Shown: positions 11,606-22,500, counted from the first letter of the stretch. The stretch is 64,000 nt of DNA from Candidatus Aminicenantes bacterium (GCA_963773685.1 CAVZBY010000011.1:661532-725531); one strand, 5' to 3'. The notes: generated from the letters alone by a model not told the origin. Made by a program: numbers and translations.

Positions 11606-13098
11606 GTCGGCCTCCTCCCCGAAAGGACGGGGGCCAGCCGTTCGCGGATGAACGAACGTTCCCGCCGGTCCATCGCGAACATCAGGATTGCCGGGACCAG
11701 GCCCGCCGACAGGAAGATCGCGCCGATCAGCTTGATGTGCAGGACGCGGTCGCAGAGAGCCAGCCCGGCGATATAGGCCAGGAGGAGGAACACTAGCCGG
11801 GCCGTGCCGCCCTCCCAGAGCCGGCGCATCCGGATCCGGCCGAACTTCCCGGCCGCCCAGAAATTGAAGAACGTGAAGGCCGCCAGCCGGATGGCCGTCG
11901 CCAGGGCGGCGCCGTTGATGCCCCATGTCCTGACGAAGGCCCACATCAGAAGGGAATACGTGATGAGCTCGAGAACCTGGAATTTCGTCGTCACGTCCAC
12001 GCGCCCGATCCCCTGAAGGTAGTTGTAGGCCACCGTGACGAGCGTATTGATCAGGAAGCCGATGGCCAGCATCTGGAGCACGGCCGTGCTCCGGAGGGCG
12101 AACTCGGGACCCAGCCACAGGGCGAGGATCTCGCGGCTGAAAAAGAAAACGAGGAGAAGGACCGGGCCCGTCAGGATGAGGAGGTACTTGATGGACCTCG
12201 AAATGATCTCCTCGATCCTCGCGCCCTGGTTCCCTCCGTTGAGGAAGCTGAAAGCCGGGAAAAGGACCAGGGACAGGCTCCCCGGTATGATGCCGATCCG
12301 GCTAATGGCCTCGTACGGCGCGGAATAATAGCTGACGGCGTCCATGCCGGCCATGTTGCCGATCATGAGACGGTCCAGGGAGTTGATCATGGTGTACAGG
12401 ATGCCCGAGACCGCGAGCCAGCCGCTGAACGACAGCAGGGGGCGAAGATAGGTCCTGACAAAAACCGGCCTCGATCTCAGGACGGGAAAGACGCGAAAGC
12501 TGCAGAACGCCCACAGCAACAGGCCCAAAAGACGCGAGAGGATGAGCATGACGACGATCCCGGGAAGGCGGAACCCCAAGAGGGCCCCGATGAGGGGCAG
12601 GGAATAGAACAGGATGTTGAGAGGGATCTTGACGGCGTTCACCAAGTCGAATCGCTGTCCGGCCTCGAGGATGCCCCGGAAAGAGGAGGACACGAAATTC
12701 AGGGGCAGGGAGAGGGCCACGAGCTGAAGGGTCAGCCGGGTCTCCGGGCCGAAGGCGGCGGGGATCTTCAAAAAGCGCTCGGAGAGGAGGGGGGCCGCAA
12801 GGAACAAGCCCAGGAAGGCAACGGACCCGACGGCGACCTGCAGGAAGACCGTCGTCCAGAAATATCCCGAGATGCGCTCCGTCTCTCCCTTCCCGAGGGC
12901 TTCGGCAATGTATTTGGTCGTCGTCCTTCCCAATCCGAGCTCGAACATGCCGAAGTAGCCGAAAACGATCCAAACGATGGAGAGGATCCCGAACCGGGTC
13001 GTTCCCAGATAGCGGATGACGAGAGGGATCGTCAGGAAACCCACGGCGAACGGGACGGCTAGCCCGGCAAAATTGATGATCGTGTTCCTGGCGAGCAT
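11602..13098 (-). CDS. wzx: Polysaccharide flippase (Wzx, MOP superfamily)
   Basis: Intact polytopic ORF of about 12 or more hydrophobic helices: MLARNTIINFAGLAVPFAVGFLTIPLVIRYLGTTRFGILS.... An upstream alternative start exists at 13182. Confidence 0.8.
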   Translation of the reverse strand: MLARNTIINFAGLAVPFAVGFLTIPLVIRYLGTTRFGILSIVWIVFGYFGMFELGLGRTTTKYIAEALGKGETERISGYFWTTVFLQVAVGSVAFLGLFLAAPLLSERFLKIPAAFGPETRLTLQLVALSLPLNFVSSSFRGILEAGQRFDLVNAVKIPLNILFYSLPLIGALLGFRLPGIVVMLILSRLLGLLLWAFCSFRVFPVLRSRPVFVRTYLRPLLSFSGWLAVSGILYTMINSLDRLMIGNMAGMDAVSYYSAPYEAISRIGIIPGSLSLVLFPAFSFLNGGNQGARIEEIISRSIKYLLILTGPVLLLVFFFSREILALWLGPEFALRSTAVLQMLAIGFLINTLVTVAYNYLQGIGRVDVTTKFQVLELITYSLLMWAFVRTWGINGAALATAIRLAAFTFFNFWAAGKFGRIRMRRLWEGGTARLVFLLLAYIAGLALCDRVLHIKLIGAIFLSAGLVPAILMFAMDRRERSFIRERLAPVLSGRRPT

Positions 13099-13463
13099 GG
13101 CGCTGCCGAATCCGTCCTTGACGCCGGGGTCCGGGGCTTTCCGAGGCATGTTTTTCAAGGAGCTTGAGCGGATTTTGCGCAAGCTACCGCCGATGGCAAA
13201 ATCCGTCTATCTCGATTGTGAAGAAATACCTAAGCTTTTGCGAAGACGACAAACCAAGTGGCTTTGATTATATCCGAAGCCGGGCGCAAAATCGAACGGT
13301 TTGTCATTATCGTCGTCCGGGGGAATCTTAGCCTTCCCCCCCTGGGGCCGCAATCGTCCGGGAGGATGAATCCCGGGGTGAAAATTGCCCCTCGCCCCTC
13401 ACCTATAGGGGTGAGGTCGCGAAAGGTCCCGCCGCCCCGGGGATCCCGGCACGGGTCCGGGCT

Positions 13464-13493
13464 TTGACAACCGGGCCCTGAGGGGGATATAAA
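13464..13493 (+). promoter_or_regulatory. Sigma70-like promoter TTGACA-N18-TATAAA
   Basis: ttgaca at 13464-13469 and tataaa at 13488-13493, just upstream of the 13503 ORF. Confidence 0.5.
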
Positions 13494-13502
13494 TAACCCG
13501 TA

Positions 13503-14471
13503 ATGGAGGCCCCCCAGATGGATACCGTGTGCGTTCCGGCGATCGGAAAGATCTCCCGTCTCCTCGTCGCGGCCCTTCCCGCTATCCTCGCCGCGGCGGT
13601 GGGACTTGCGGCGGCCCAGGCGATCGATCCTTTCTACCTCAGGCTTTTCGAGGGCGGCGAAGCCGCGTTCGTCTCCGGAGACCACGCCAAATCCGTCAAG
13701 GATCTGGAGGTGGCCGTTTTTGGGCTGGCCTCCGACAGGGCCCGCTCGGCCCGGGCGTGCGTCTATCTCGCCCTGAGCCACGCCTCTCTGAAGAACGCCG
13801 AAAAGAGCGAACAGTTCCTGCGGCGGGCCGTCGGGCTCATCGGAGATGCCGACCCCGGTTCCCTGGGACTGGCCGAAGGGGCCCTGAACGCCTTTGAAAG
13901 GCTTCGCGAAAAGCTGCCGCCTGAAGCCGAAGCCGGGAGCGAAGAGAAGACCCTCCCGGCGTGGGAAAAGCCAAAGGAACCCGCCCCGCCCCCCGTCGCG
14001 AGACCCGTTGTCGATCCCGCTCAGGTCAAGGAATTGGAGGGCCGTCTCGGGAAGGAGCCGGATAACGACCGGCTTCGCCTCGATCTCGCGTCCCTGTACG
14101 TGAGCCGGAGAGACTTTCGCAAGGCCAACAAGCTCATGCGGGATCTCCTGAAAAGGGACCCCGAAGAGCTGATGGCGACCTACCATCTCTCCCGGGTCCT
14201 GTACTTCCAGAAGGACTACAGGAAGGCCCTCGAAGGATTCCACAAGATCATCGGTCCCGCCTCGGAAGAGAAGATCACGCGGGACGCCGTCCTCCGCTCG
14301 ACCCTCTACACCGCCCTGTGCTTGAACGCCCTCGGGCAGAAGGACAGCAGGGATTCCTACATGAATTACCTCGACCGGAACGTCCCGTTGGCCGAGCTCA
14401 AGCGGCTTGTCGCCGAAGAAGGCCTTCAGGCAGAATGGGAGAAGCTCTCCGACGGCCGCGAACCGTCCTGA
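13503..14471 (+). CDS. TPR-repeat protein with N-terminal signal/anchor
   Basis: 322-aa ORF with a hydrophobic N-terminus (LLVAALPAILAAAVGLAAAQA), a Pro-rich linker and TPR-like helices (LASLYVSRRDFRKANKLMRDLLKRDP...YHLSRVLYFQKDYRKALEGF). The 424-aa minus ORF 13230..14504 is its shadow. Confidence 0.7.
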   Translation: MEAPQMDTVCVPAIGKISRLLVAALPAILAAAVGLAAAQAIDPFYLRLFEGGEAAFVSGDHAKSVKDLEVAVFGLASDRARSARACVYLALSHASLKNAEKSEQFLRRAVGLIGDADPGSLGLAEGALNAFERLREKLPPEAEAGSEEKTLPAWEKPKEPAPPPVARPVVDPAQVKELEGRLGKEPDNDRLRLDLASLYVSRRDFRKANKLMRDLLKRDPEELMATYHLSRVLYFQKDYRKALEGFHKIIGPASEEKITRDAVLRSTLYTALCLNALGQKDSRDSYMNYLDRNVPLAELKRLVAEEGLQAEWEKLSDGREPS

Positions 14472-15412
14472 TGGAGGGGGGACCAATGGCAGAAAAGGAC
14501 CCAAAAGACATGGCCTATCTCCTGATGACCGTGGCTTATAATGAGGAACGGCAGATCGCCCAGGCCATCGAGTGCGTTCTCGGACAATCCGTCCTTCCCC
14601 GGCGGTGGTTCATCGTCAGCGACGGTTCCACGGATGGGACCGACCGGATCATCCAAGGCTACGCGCAGAAGTTTCCCTGGGTCCGGTACGAAAGGCTGGA
14701 AAAGGTCCCGGGAAAGATCCCCACCCTCGGAAAGGCCTCCTTCGCCTATGCGCGGGCCTGGGAGCACGTCCGCAAGCTCCTCGGAGGCCTCGATTATGAT
14801 TTCTTCGGGAACCTGGACGCCGATATCACGTTCGAACCCGCCTATTTCGAGAGGCTCCTGGCCATAATGAGCGCCGACGATCGGCTGGGGATCTGCGGAG
14901 GCGGGGCCTACAGTGTCCTGGAAAACGGGGAGAGCCTGGCGGGAGGATTCATTCAGCCCGATTTCGTGGGAGGGCCGGTCCAGTTCTTCAGGAAAGAATG
15001 CCTCGAGGACATCGACGGCTATCATCCTTATGATCATGCCGATGTCGTGGCCGTTACCATGGCCCGCATGAAGGGCTGGAAGGTCCGTTGTTTCCCGGAG
15101 ATCCGGGCCCTTCACCATGGACAGCCGGGGAATTCCGTCAAAGAGAAGGTCCCCATCTGTTTCCAGATGGGACAGGCCGATTACGTCGCGGGGAATTATG
15201 CTCCCTTCATCCTGGGCCGCTGTGTGCTCAGATCGTTCCACAAGCCGGTCCTTTTCGCCGGACTCTCCATGCTCGCCGGGTACCTCTGGGCCGGCCTGAG
15301 CCGGAAAGAAAGACGCATGCCCCGGGACGTCCTGGCTTATATGAGACGGGACCAGAAGCGGCAGATCCTGGTCTCGCTGGGGCTTTCCCGGACGAACCCC
15401 TATCGGATCTAG
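14471..15412 (+). CDS. Glycosyltransferase family 2
   Basis: YLLMTVAYNEERQIAQAIECVLGQSVLPRRWFIVSDGSTDGTDRII...GNLDADITF (DxD), with C-terminal TM segments. Alternative ATG at 14486. Confidence 0.85.
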   Translation: MEGGPMAEKDPKDMAYLLMTVAYNEERQIAQAIECVLGQSVLPRRWFIVSDGSTDGTDRIIQGYAQKFPWVRYERLEKVPGKIPTLGKASFAYARAWEHVRKLLGGLDYDFFGNLDADITFEPAYFERLLAIMSADDRLGICGGGAYSVLENGESLAGGFIQPDFVGGPVQFFRKECLEDIDGYHPYDHADVVAVTMARMKGWKVRCFPEIRALHHGQPGNSVKEKVPICFQMGQADYVAGNYAPFILGRCVLRSFHKPVLFAGLSMLAGYLWAGLSRKERRMPRDVLAYMRRDQKRQILVSLGLSRTNPYRI

Positions 15413-15423
15413 AGATCTCCATC

Positions 15424-16194
15424 ATGAGCCTATCCAGAGGGATCAAGGCCCTGGTCCTGGCCGGCGGCCGGGGTAAACGCCTGGGCGGATACACGGAAGA
15501 TTTCAACAAGGCCATGCTGAAATTCGGGGACAAGTACCTGATCGAATTCAGCCTCGACAGCGCCGCCGCCGTCGGGGTGGGCGAGATCGTCGTCGTCATC
15601 GGCTACCAGGGCGGACAGATCAGAGGCGCCATCGGCGATTCCTATCGAGGGATCCCGGTCAGGTACGTCGTCCAGCCGGAACAAAGGGGGGTCGTCCACG
15701 CCATCGAATGCGGCCGATCGGCGGTCGGCGATTCCGATTTTATCCTGCAGCTGGCCGACGAGTATTTCCTGAAGGCCGAGCACCCCGCCTTCCTCCGCTT
15801 CTTCCAGGAGCAGCGGGCCTTCGCCGCTTGCGGCATCGTTCATGTCGAAGATCTCCAAAGGATCCGGAAGACCTATTCCGTTCAAGGCGAGGAAACGACA
15901 AAAAGGATCACGCGCCTCATCGAAAAGCCGACGGACCCCGTCAACGACATCATGGGGACCGGAAACATCCTTTTCAAGAACGAGATCTACCATTACGTTC
16001 CCTTGACCCCGACGAACCCGCAACGGGGGGAGAAAGAGCTTCCGGACCTGATCCAGTGCGCCATCAACGACGACCAAAAGGTCCTTTACTACCCGATCGC
16101 CTCAGCCTATACCAACGTGAACACCCCGGAGGACCTCCAATTTCTGGAACGATCCTATTCGGGGCCGCACGGAGTCCGTAAGCCGGCGCCTTAG
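15424..16194 (+). CDS. Sugar-phosphate nucleotidyltransferase
   Basis: MSLSRGIKALVLAGGRGKRLGGYT...KAMLKF carries the G-x-G-x-R-L signature. Confidence 0.8.
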   Translation: MSLSRGIKALVLAGGRGKRLGGYTEDFNKAMLKFGDKYLIEFSLDSAAAVGVGEIVVVIGYQGGQIRGAIGDSYRGIPVRYVVQPEQRGVVHAIECGRSAVGDSDFILQLADEYFLKAEHPAFLRFFQEQRAFAACGIVHVEDLQRIRKTYSVQGEETTKRITRLIEKPTDPVNDIMGTGNILFKNEIYHYVPLTPTNPQRGEKELPDLIQCAINDDQKVLYYPIASAYTNVNTPEDLQFLERSYSGPHGVRKPAP

Positions 16195-16275
16195 CCGCGT
16201 ATGAAAGAGGCGTTCGTCGGACCCCGAGATCTCGATCCGACCCGGGTCGATCAGCCGCGCTGACCCGTCGATTTC

Positions 16276-16304
16276 TTGACAGGCCCGGACCCCTCCTCTA
16301 TACT
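16276..16304 (+). promoter_or_regulatory. Sigma70-like promoter TTGACA-N17-TATACT upstream of thiC
   Basis: ttgaca at 16276-16281, a 17-nt spacer, and tatact at 16299-16304. The thiC ATG is at 16331. Confidence 0.6.
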
Positions 16305-16330
16305 GAATTTTTATCCTCTGTAAGAACACC

Positions 16331-17638
16331 ATGACACAGATCGAGAAGGCTAGGAAAGGGACTCTCTCCCCCCAGTTGCGGAAGATCGCCGGGGAGGAAC
16401 GGATTGCCCCCGCCGACCTGGCCGGGCTCGTGGCCTCGGGCAAGGTCGTCATTCCCTGGAATCCCGCCCACGCACCCTCGCGTCCGGCCGGCATCGGGCA
16501 CGGTCTTCGGACCAAGGTCAACGTCAATTTGGGCACCTCCAAGGACTTCCCACGCCTCTCCGTCGAGCTCAGGAAGGTCGCCGTCAGCCTCGAGTACGGG
16601 GCGGACGCCCTCATGGACCTGAGCACGGGCGGCGACATCCGCGCGATCAGGCGGCGCATCCTCGCCGCGACGCCGCTTCCTCTCGGCACGGTCCCCATCT
16701 ACCAGGCCGCCGTCAAGGCCATCGAGGAGCGCGGAACCGTCGTCGACATCACCGAGGACGACCTCTTCGACGCCGTCGAGAGCCAGGCCCGCGAGGGCGT
16801 GGATTTCATGACCATCCACGCCGGCCTGACCCTGAAAGCCATCGACCGGCTGAAGGCGCAGGGCCGCGTGGCCGACGTCGTCTCACGGGGCGGGGCCTTC
16901 CATCTGGCCTGGATGCTCCATAACGGGAAGGAGAATCCCTTCCATGCCCGGTTCGACCGCCTCCTCGAGATCGCCCGCCGCCATGACGTGACCCTGAGCC
17001 TCGGGGACGGACTCAGGCCCGGGAGCATCATGGACGCCACGGACCGTCCCCAGATCGAAGAGCTCCTGACCCTGGGCGAGCTCGTGAAGCGGGCCCTCGA
17101 AGCGGGCGTTCAGGTCATGGTCGAGGGGCCGGGCCACGTCCCGCTGGACCAGATCGAAATGAACGTCAAGCTCCAGAAGCGCGTCTGCCACGAGGCCCCG
17201 TTCTACGTCCTCGGGCCCCTCGTCACGGACATCGCTCCCGGGTACGACCATATCGTCGCGGCCATCGGCGGGGCCATCGCCGCCGCCGCCGGCGCCGATT
17301 TCCTGTGCTATGTCACGCCCTCGGAACATCTGGGCCTCCCCTCCGTCGACGACGTCCAGGAGGGGCTCGTGGCCTCGAGGATCGCCGCCCACGCCGCCGA
17401 CATCGTCAAGAACGTCCCAGGGGCGAGGGAAAGGGACCTCGAGCTCTCCCGGGCCAGGAAGCGGCTCGATTGGGAGGGCCAGAAAGCGCTCGCCATCGAT
17501 CCCCGCAAGTTCGGCGTCGTTCGGCGGGAACGGAAGACCAGGACGAAGGCCTGCTCCATGTGCGGGGACTTCTGCGCGATGCGCATCGTCTCCGAGTTCC
17601 TGGACCCCGCGGGGAAGGCCGATGTCGCCTGCTCCTGA
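16331..17638 (+). CDS. thiC: Phosphomethylpyrimidine synthase ThiC
   Basis: Intact 435 aa: ...VNVNLGTS...[13 protein letters not shown]...DFMTIHAG...VSRGGA...[10 protein letters not shown]...[11 protein letters not shown]...[20 protein letters not shown]...[14 protein letters not shown]...CSMCGDFCA. Confidence 0.95.
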   Translation: MTQIEKARKGTLSPQLRKIAGEERIAPADLAGLVASGKVVIPWNPAHAPSRPAGIGHGLRTKVNVNLGTSKDFPRLSVELRKVAVSLEYGADALMDLSTGGDIRAIRRRILAATPLPLGTVPIYQAAVKAIEERGTVVDITEDDLFDAVESQAREGVDFMTIHAGLTLKAIDRLKAQGRVADVVSRGGAFHLAWMLHNGKENPFHARFDRLLEIARRHDVTLSLGDGLRPGSIMDATDRPQIEELLTLGELVKRALEAGVQVMVEGPGHVPLDQIEMNVKLQKRVCHEAPFYVLGPLVTDIAPGYDHIVAAIGGAIAAAAGADFLCYVTPSEHLGLPSVDDVQEGLVASRIAAHAADIVKNVPGARERDLELSRARKRLDWEGQKALAIDPRKFGVVRRERKTRTKACSMCGDFCAMRIVSEFLDPAGKADVACS

Positions 17639-18503
17639 TACCCTCCTCTTCGGCACGGCCGGAGTCCCGCTGGGGAGCCAGGACGCCACGACCGTCAAGG
17701 GGATCGAGCACACCTCCGTCCTCGGCCTCGATTGCCAGGAGATAGAGTTCGTCAACGGGGTCAAGATGGGCTTGGATACGGCCCACAAGGTCGCAGCGGC
17801 CGCCGCGGTCCGGAAGGTCCGGCTCAGCGCCCACGCCCCCTATTTCATCAACCTCAGCTCGGAGGACCGCGGCAAGCGCCTCCAAAGCCAGGAGCGGATC
17901 CTGGCAACGGCCCGGATCGCCCACGCCTGCGGGGCGGGGAGCGCCGTCTTCCATGCCGGTTTCTACGGAAGGAGCTCGCCCGAGCAGACCTTCGCCGACA
18001 TCCGCAAGGAGCTCGCCCAGGTCGTCTCCATCCTCCGCTCGGAGCGCGTGCCGGTGACGCTCCGCGTCGAGACCATGGGGAAGCGGTCCCAGTTCGGCTC
18101 CCTGGAAGAGGTCCTGAACCTCTGCCGGGAGATCGAGGACGTCCAGCCTTGCCTCGACTTCTCCCACCTCCATGCCCGGGAGGGCCGGGTCAATTCCTAT
18201 GACGAGTTCGCCCGGGTCCTCTCCAAGGTCGAAAAGAAGCTCGGCCGCGTCGCCCTGAGAAACGCCCACATCCATATCTCGGGAAGCTATTACAGCGAGG
18301 CCGGAGAGCTGAAACATCTCGACCTGATGCAGTCGGATTTCCGTTTCGATGATTGGATCGAAGCCCTCGTCGATTTCGATGTCCGGGGCCTCGTCATCTG
18401 CGAGAGCCCGAACCGCGAGGAAGACGCCCTGATGCTGAAGAAGCTCTATCAGGGACAGCGATCGAAAACGGACGACCCGGCATCCCCCTCGGTCCAGGGC
18501 TGA
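17622..18503 (+). CDS. Endonuclease IV-like AP endonuclease (xylose isomerase-like TIM barrel)
   Basis: [13 protein letters not shown]...AVFHAGFY...[12 protein letters not shown]...CLDFSHLHA...[10 protein letters not shown]...VICESP matches the metal-ligand pattern of the Nfo family. The start overlaps the end of thiC. Confidence 0.7.
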   Translation: MSPAPDTLLFGTAGVPLGSQDATTVKGIEHTSVLGLDCQEIEFVNGVKMGLDTAHKVAAAAAVRKVRLSAHAPYFINLSSEDRGKRLQSQERILATARIAHACGAGSAVFHAGFYGRSSPEQTFADIRKELAQVVSILRSERVPVTLRVETMGKRSQFGSLEEVLNLCREIEDVQPCLDFSHLHAREGRVNSYDEFARVLSKVEKKLGRVALRNAHIHISGSYYSEAGELKHLDLMQSDFRFDDWIEALVDFDVRGLVICESPNREEDALMLKKLYQGQRSKTDDPASPSVQG

Positions 18504-18591
18504 CCGGGGCCGTCCATCCGGGACAAGATATCGAGCGCCGCCGGCCGAATCCCAAGTCGAGTAACGGCGTTACTATTTTTCGCTTCAAGCC

Positions 18592-18620
18592 TTGACACTC
18601 CCGCGCGCGGCTTATAAACT
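18592..18620 (+). promoter_or_regulatory. Sigma70-like promoter TTGACA-N17-TAAACT (or N15-TATAAA)
   Basis: ttgaca at 18592-18597 and cttataaact at 18611-18620. The downstream ATG is at 18657. Confidence 0.5.
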
Positions 18621-18656
18621 AGAGCCTCCCTTCTATCGGGACCATACGGTTACGGC

Positions 18657-19514
18657 ATGAAAAGCATTGAACTCGACGCTATCAGGGACAGAGTCAGAAG
18701 CCTCGTCCAGGAAGCGAATTTTATCCTGCCCGCCGACGTTGCCGCCCGCCTCGAGGCGATGTCCGCCGCCGAGGAATCCGACGCGGGGAAAGAGGTCTTC
18801 CGCGAGCTCCGGGAGAACGCCGCGATCGCCGCCGCCGAGGGGTTGGGCCTCTGCCAGGACACCGGCCTGGCCGTCTTCTTCGTCGAGGTCGGCGAAGGCG
18901 TCCGGTTCGAAAGCAAAAGGCCTTCGGACGGCCTGCGCCGGGCCATCGAGGACGGCATGATCGCCGGATACGGCGAAGGCTGCCTGAGAAAGTCCGTCGT
19001 CGCGGATCCCCTGCGCCGGGCCAACACCGGGACCAACGCCCCCGCTTTCATCCATTGGGAGGTCGTCCCGGGGGATGTGCTCAAGGTCACCTTCATGGCC
19101 AAGGGCGGAGGGGCGGAGAACTGGAGCGCGGTCCGGATGTTCCCGCCTGCCGCGGGACGGGAGGCCGTCGAAGATTTCGTCGTGGCCTCCGTCGACCTGG
19201 CCGGCCCGGCCGCCTGCCCTCCCCTCATCCTAGGGGTCGGGATCGGCGGGAATTTCGAGGGAGCGCCTCTTCTCGCGAAGAAGGCCCTCCTCCGGAAGCC
19301 CCTGGGAGCCCCCCATCCCGACGCTTTCTACGCGGCGATGGAAGGACGGCTGCTCGAGAGGATCAACGGGCTCGGCATCGGGCCCCAGGGACTCGGCGGG
19401 CGGGCGACGGCCCTCGCCGTCCATATCGAGGCCGCGCCCTGCCACATCGCCTCCCTTCCGGCGGCCGTGAATATCCAATGCCATTCGCACCGAGTGCTCG
19501 GATTCGAATTATAA
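18657..19514 (+). CDS. Fe-S type fumarate/tartrate hydro-lyase, alpha subunit
   Basis: 285 aa: ...GLGLCQDTGLAVFFVEVG...NAPAFIHWEVVPGD...KGGGAENWS...ACPPLILGVGIGGNFE...NIQCHSHR. Confidence 0.85.
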   Translation: MKSIELDAIRDRVRSLVQEANFILPADVAARLEAMSAAEESDAGKEVFRELRENAAIAAAEGLGLCQDTGLAVFFVEVGEGVRFESKRPSDGLRRAIEDGMIAGYGEGCLRKSVVADPLRRANTGTNAPAFIHWEVVPGDVLKVTFMAKGGGAENWSAVRMFPPAAGREAVEDFVVASVDLAGPAACPPLILGVGIGGNFEGAPLLAKKALLRKPLGAPHPDAFYAAMEGRLLERINGLGIGPQGLGGRATALAVHIEAAPCHIASLPAAVNIQCHSHRVLGFEL

Positions 19515-19525
19515 AGGAGAACGCT

Positions 19526-20068
19526 ATGGTCGAGATCCGATTCCATGGACGCGGCGGCCAGGGGACCGTCGTGGCCTCGAAGGTCCTGGCAGACGCCGTC
19601 GCCAAGGAGGGCAGCTACGTCCAGGCCTATCCCGAGTTCGGCGTGGAGCGGCGCGGCGCCCCCGTTTTCGCGTTCCTGCGCATCGACAAGAAGCCCATCT
19701 ACGACAAGAGCCGGATCTACGCCCCGGACCACGTCGTCGTCGTGGACCCGACCCTGGTCGAGGCCATCGACGTCACCGAAGGCCTCAAGGACGGCGGTTG
19801 GATCATCATCAACAGCGACAACCCTCCGGAGCATTTCAAGTTCCCGTCCCGCTTCAAGGTGGCCACCGTCAACGCCACCGAGATCGCCGTCCGCAACAAG
19901 CTGGGAACGCTCGCGGCGCCCATCGTCAACACGGCCATCGTCGGGGCGGTCACGAAGATCCTGGGCCTGGCGAAGCTCGAATCCCTGACCGCGGCCATCA
20001 GCGAAGGGGTTCCCATCAAGCGCGAAGAGAACGTCCGGGCGGCCGAGGAGGCCTACGCCAAGGCCTGA
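19526..20068 (+). CDS. porG: 2-oxoacid (pyruvate-type):ferredoxin oxidoreductase gamma subunit
   Basis: MVEIRFHGRGGQGTVVASKVLADAVAKEGSYVQAYPEFGVERRGAPV. Confidence 0.85.
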   Translation: MVEIRFHGRGGQGTVVASKVLADAVAKEGSYVQAYPEFGVERRGAPVFAFLRIDKKPIYDKSRIYAPDHVVVVDPTLVEAIDVTEGLKDGGWIIINSDNPPEHFKFPSRFKVATVNATEIAVRNKLGTLAAPIVNTAIVGAVTKILGLAKLESLTAAISEGVPIKREENVRAAEEAYAKA

Positions 20069-20093
20069 GGGCCGCCGCGACGAGGAGATCAGC

Positions 20094-20393
20094 ATGACCC
20101 GAAAAAAAGACGTCAAAAAGATCGTTTTCGCGACCGAGAAGGAGATGCCGGTCACGGCCATGTCCCTCGGCTCCATGCTCTACAACAAGACGGGGGCCTG
20201 GCGGAACATCCGGCCCGAGGTCGACCGGTCCAAGTGCATCCAGTGCGGCATCTGCTGGAAGTTCTGCCCCGACGCGTCCATCGACATCGTCGACAACTGG
20301 CCGGTGGTGGACCTCGTGTACTGCAAGGGATGCGGCATCTGCGCCGAGGAATGCCCCACGAAGTGCATCGCCATGGTCGAGGAGGAAAAATGA
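20094..20393 (+). CDS. porD: 2-oxoacid:ferredoxin oxidoreductase delta subunit (2x[4Fe-4S])
   Basis: CIQCGICWKFCP and CKGCGICAEECP motifs in a 99-aa protein. Confidence 0.85.
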   Translation: MTRKKDVKKIVFATEKEMPVTAMSLGSMLYNKTGAWRNIRPEVDRSKCIQCGICWKFCPDASIDIVDNWPVVDLVYCKGCGICAEECPTKCIAMVEEEK

Positions 20394-21545
20394 AAAAGGT
20401 CATCATGGGCAACCACGCCCTGTCGTACGGGGCCAAACTCGCCCGTTCGCAGGTCATCGCAGCCTATCCCATCACGCCCCAGACGCAGGTCGTGGAGCTT
20501 CTCTCGGAGATGTGCGCCGACGGGACGCTCGACGCCAAGTTCATCAAGGTCGAATCCGAGCATTCGGCCATGGCGGCCAGCCTCGGCGCCTCGCTCGCCG
20601 GGGCCCGGACCTTCACGGCCACCTCGTCCCAGGGGCTCGCCCTGATGCATGAGATGCTTCACTGGGCCTCGGGCGGCCGCCTGCCCGTCGTCATGGGCGA
20701 CATCAACCGGGCCATGGCCCCGGGCTGGAGCATCTGGACCGACCAGAACGACAGCCTCTCCCAGAGGGACACCGGATGGATCCAGTTCTATTGCGCCTCG
20801 AACCAGGAGGTCGTGGACACGGTCATCCAGGCCTTCAAGGTCTCCGAGAAGATGCTCATCCCGAGCATGGTCATCCTGGACGCGTTCGCCCTCTCCCACA
20901 CCTATGAGGTCGTCGACATCCCGGACCAGGCGAAAGTGGACGCTTACCTGCCGCCGTTCCGCCCGAAATATAAGCTGACGACCGCCGATCCGCACGCCTT
21001 CTTCGGACTGACCGCCCCCGAGCATTATATGGAGCTCCGCTACAAGCTCCAGAAGGACATGGAGCTCGTGGCCGGCCTGGTCGAGGAGACCGGCCGGGAA
21101 TACGAGGAGGTCTTCGGACGACGTTCTCGGCCTCGTGGACGCCTACCGGTGCGACGACGCCGATTTCCTGTTCATTACCTCCGGAACCGCCGGCTACACG
21201 GCCCGGGTCGCCGTGGACGATCTTCGCGCCGAAGGGGTCAAGGCCGGGAACCTGAGGATCATCCTCTTTCGGCCATTCCCGTTCGACACCGTCCGCCAGT
21301 ATCTGGGGAAGGTCCGCAAGGCGGCCGTGCTCGACCGGAACCTTTCCTACGGCCACCACGGCATATTTTACCAGGAAGTGAAATCGGCCCTTTACGGGTA
21401 TGACGGGATGCCGCCGGTCCACGGCTACGTCGCCGGGCTCGGCGGACGCGACATCACGCCCGGGGACTTCAAGGACATCTACCGGTCGGCGTCGGCCGCG
21501 GACCGGCCCACCGAGGAGATCGGCTGGATAGGAGTCAAGAGATGA
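20390..21545 (+). CDS. porA: 2-oxoacid:ferredoxin oxidoreductase alpha subunit (one frame break near 21115-21135)
   Basis: MKKVIMGNHALSYGAKLARSQVIAAYPITPQT...ESEHSAMAA...TATSSQGLALM..., continued by ORF 21135..21545 (DADFLFITSGTAGYTARVAVDDLRAEGVKAGNLRIILFRPFP). Confidence 0.85.
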
Positions 21546-22431
21546 AGAAAGAGCGCACGATGAAGCTGACCCTCCCCGAAGAGGAGCTGATGAGCCCGGG
21601 GCACCTCGCCTGCCAGGGCTGCGGGGCGACGATGGCCATGAGATACGTGCTCAAGGCCCTGGGGCTGAAAACGATCGTCTGCATCCCGGCCTGCTGCTGG
21701 GCGGTCATCGACGGGCCCTTCCCCCATTCCTCGCTCAGCGTCCCCATCTTCCATTGCGCCTTCGAGACGGCCGCCTCCACGGCGGCCGGCGTCAAGGCCG
21801 GCCTGGAGATCACGGGCGATACCGAGACGACCGTCATGGCCTGGGCCGGAGACGGCGGGACCTTCGACATCGGCCTCCAGGCGCTGTCCGGGGCGGCCGA
21901 GCGGAACGACGACATCATCTACGTCTGCTACGACAACGAAGCCTACATGAACACGGGGATCCAACGGGCTCGGCCACTCCTTACGGGGCGTGGACGACGA
22001 CGACCCCCGTCAAGCATTTCAAGAACCGCCCGAAGAAGGACATCGACGCCATCATGGCCGCCCACCGCATCCCCTACCTCGCCACGGCCAGCGTGGCCTA
22101 TCCCGAGGACATGTTCAAGAAAGCCAAGAAGGCCAAGGAAACCAAGGGGACGCGCTTCCTCCACATCTATGCCCCCTGCCCATCCGGCTGGAAGAGCCGG
22201 CCCGAGGATACCGTCAAGCTCGCCCGCCTGGCCGTCCAGACCGGGATCTTCCCCCTTTACGAGATCGAGGACGGCGAGCGGACGACGATCAGCATCAAGG
22301 TCAAGGAGAGGAAGCCGATCAACGACTACCTGAGGCTCCAGGGGCGCTTCCGCCACCTGAAGGAACAGGACATTGCGGACATGCAGGCTGAGGTCGACCG
22401 GAAGAACGAGCGCCTGCTGAAGAGCTGTTGA
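21542..22431 (+). CDS. porB: 2-oxoacid:ferredoxin oxidoreductase beta subunit (frame break at GGG run 21966-21968)
   Basis: GHLACQGCGA...MAWAGDGGTFDIGLQALSGAAERNDDIIYVCYDNEAYMNTGIQR, then in a shifted frame GSATPYGAWTTTTPVKHF...IYAPCPSGW. One extra G would restore the frame. Confidence 0.85.
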
Positions 22432-22500
22432 ACCGCCGGGACCGGGCCGCTCCGGTCCCGGGAACCCGCGCCCGCAAAGGGCGCGATGGGGCCCGCCGTG

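Noticed and set aside
13230-14504. 424-aa minus-strand ORF
   Set aside because: It is the shadow of the + strand TPR protein gene (13503..14471). It is Gly/Arg/Glu-rich with no motif.
16195-16330. TPP (THI-box) riboswitch expected upstream of thiC
   Set aside because: I could not find the conserved CUGAGA ... ACCUGAUCUGGAUAAUGCCAGCG core. The best promoter leaves only a ~26-nt leader. The partial resemblance (ccgagatc ... acccgggtcgatcag) lies upstream of that promoter. An Infernal scan with RF00059 would settle it.
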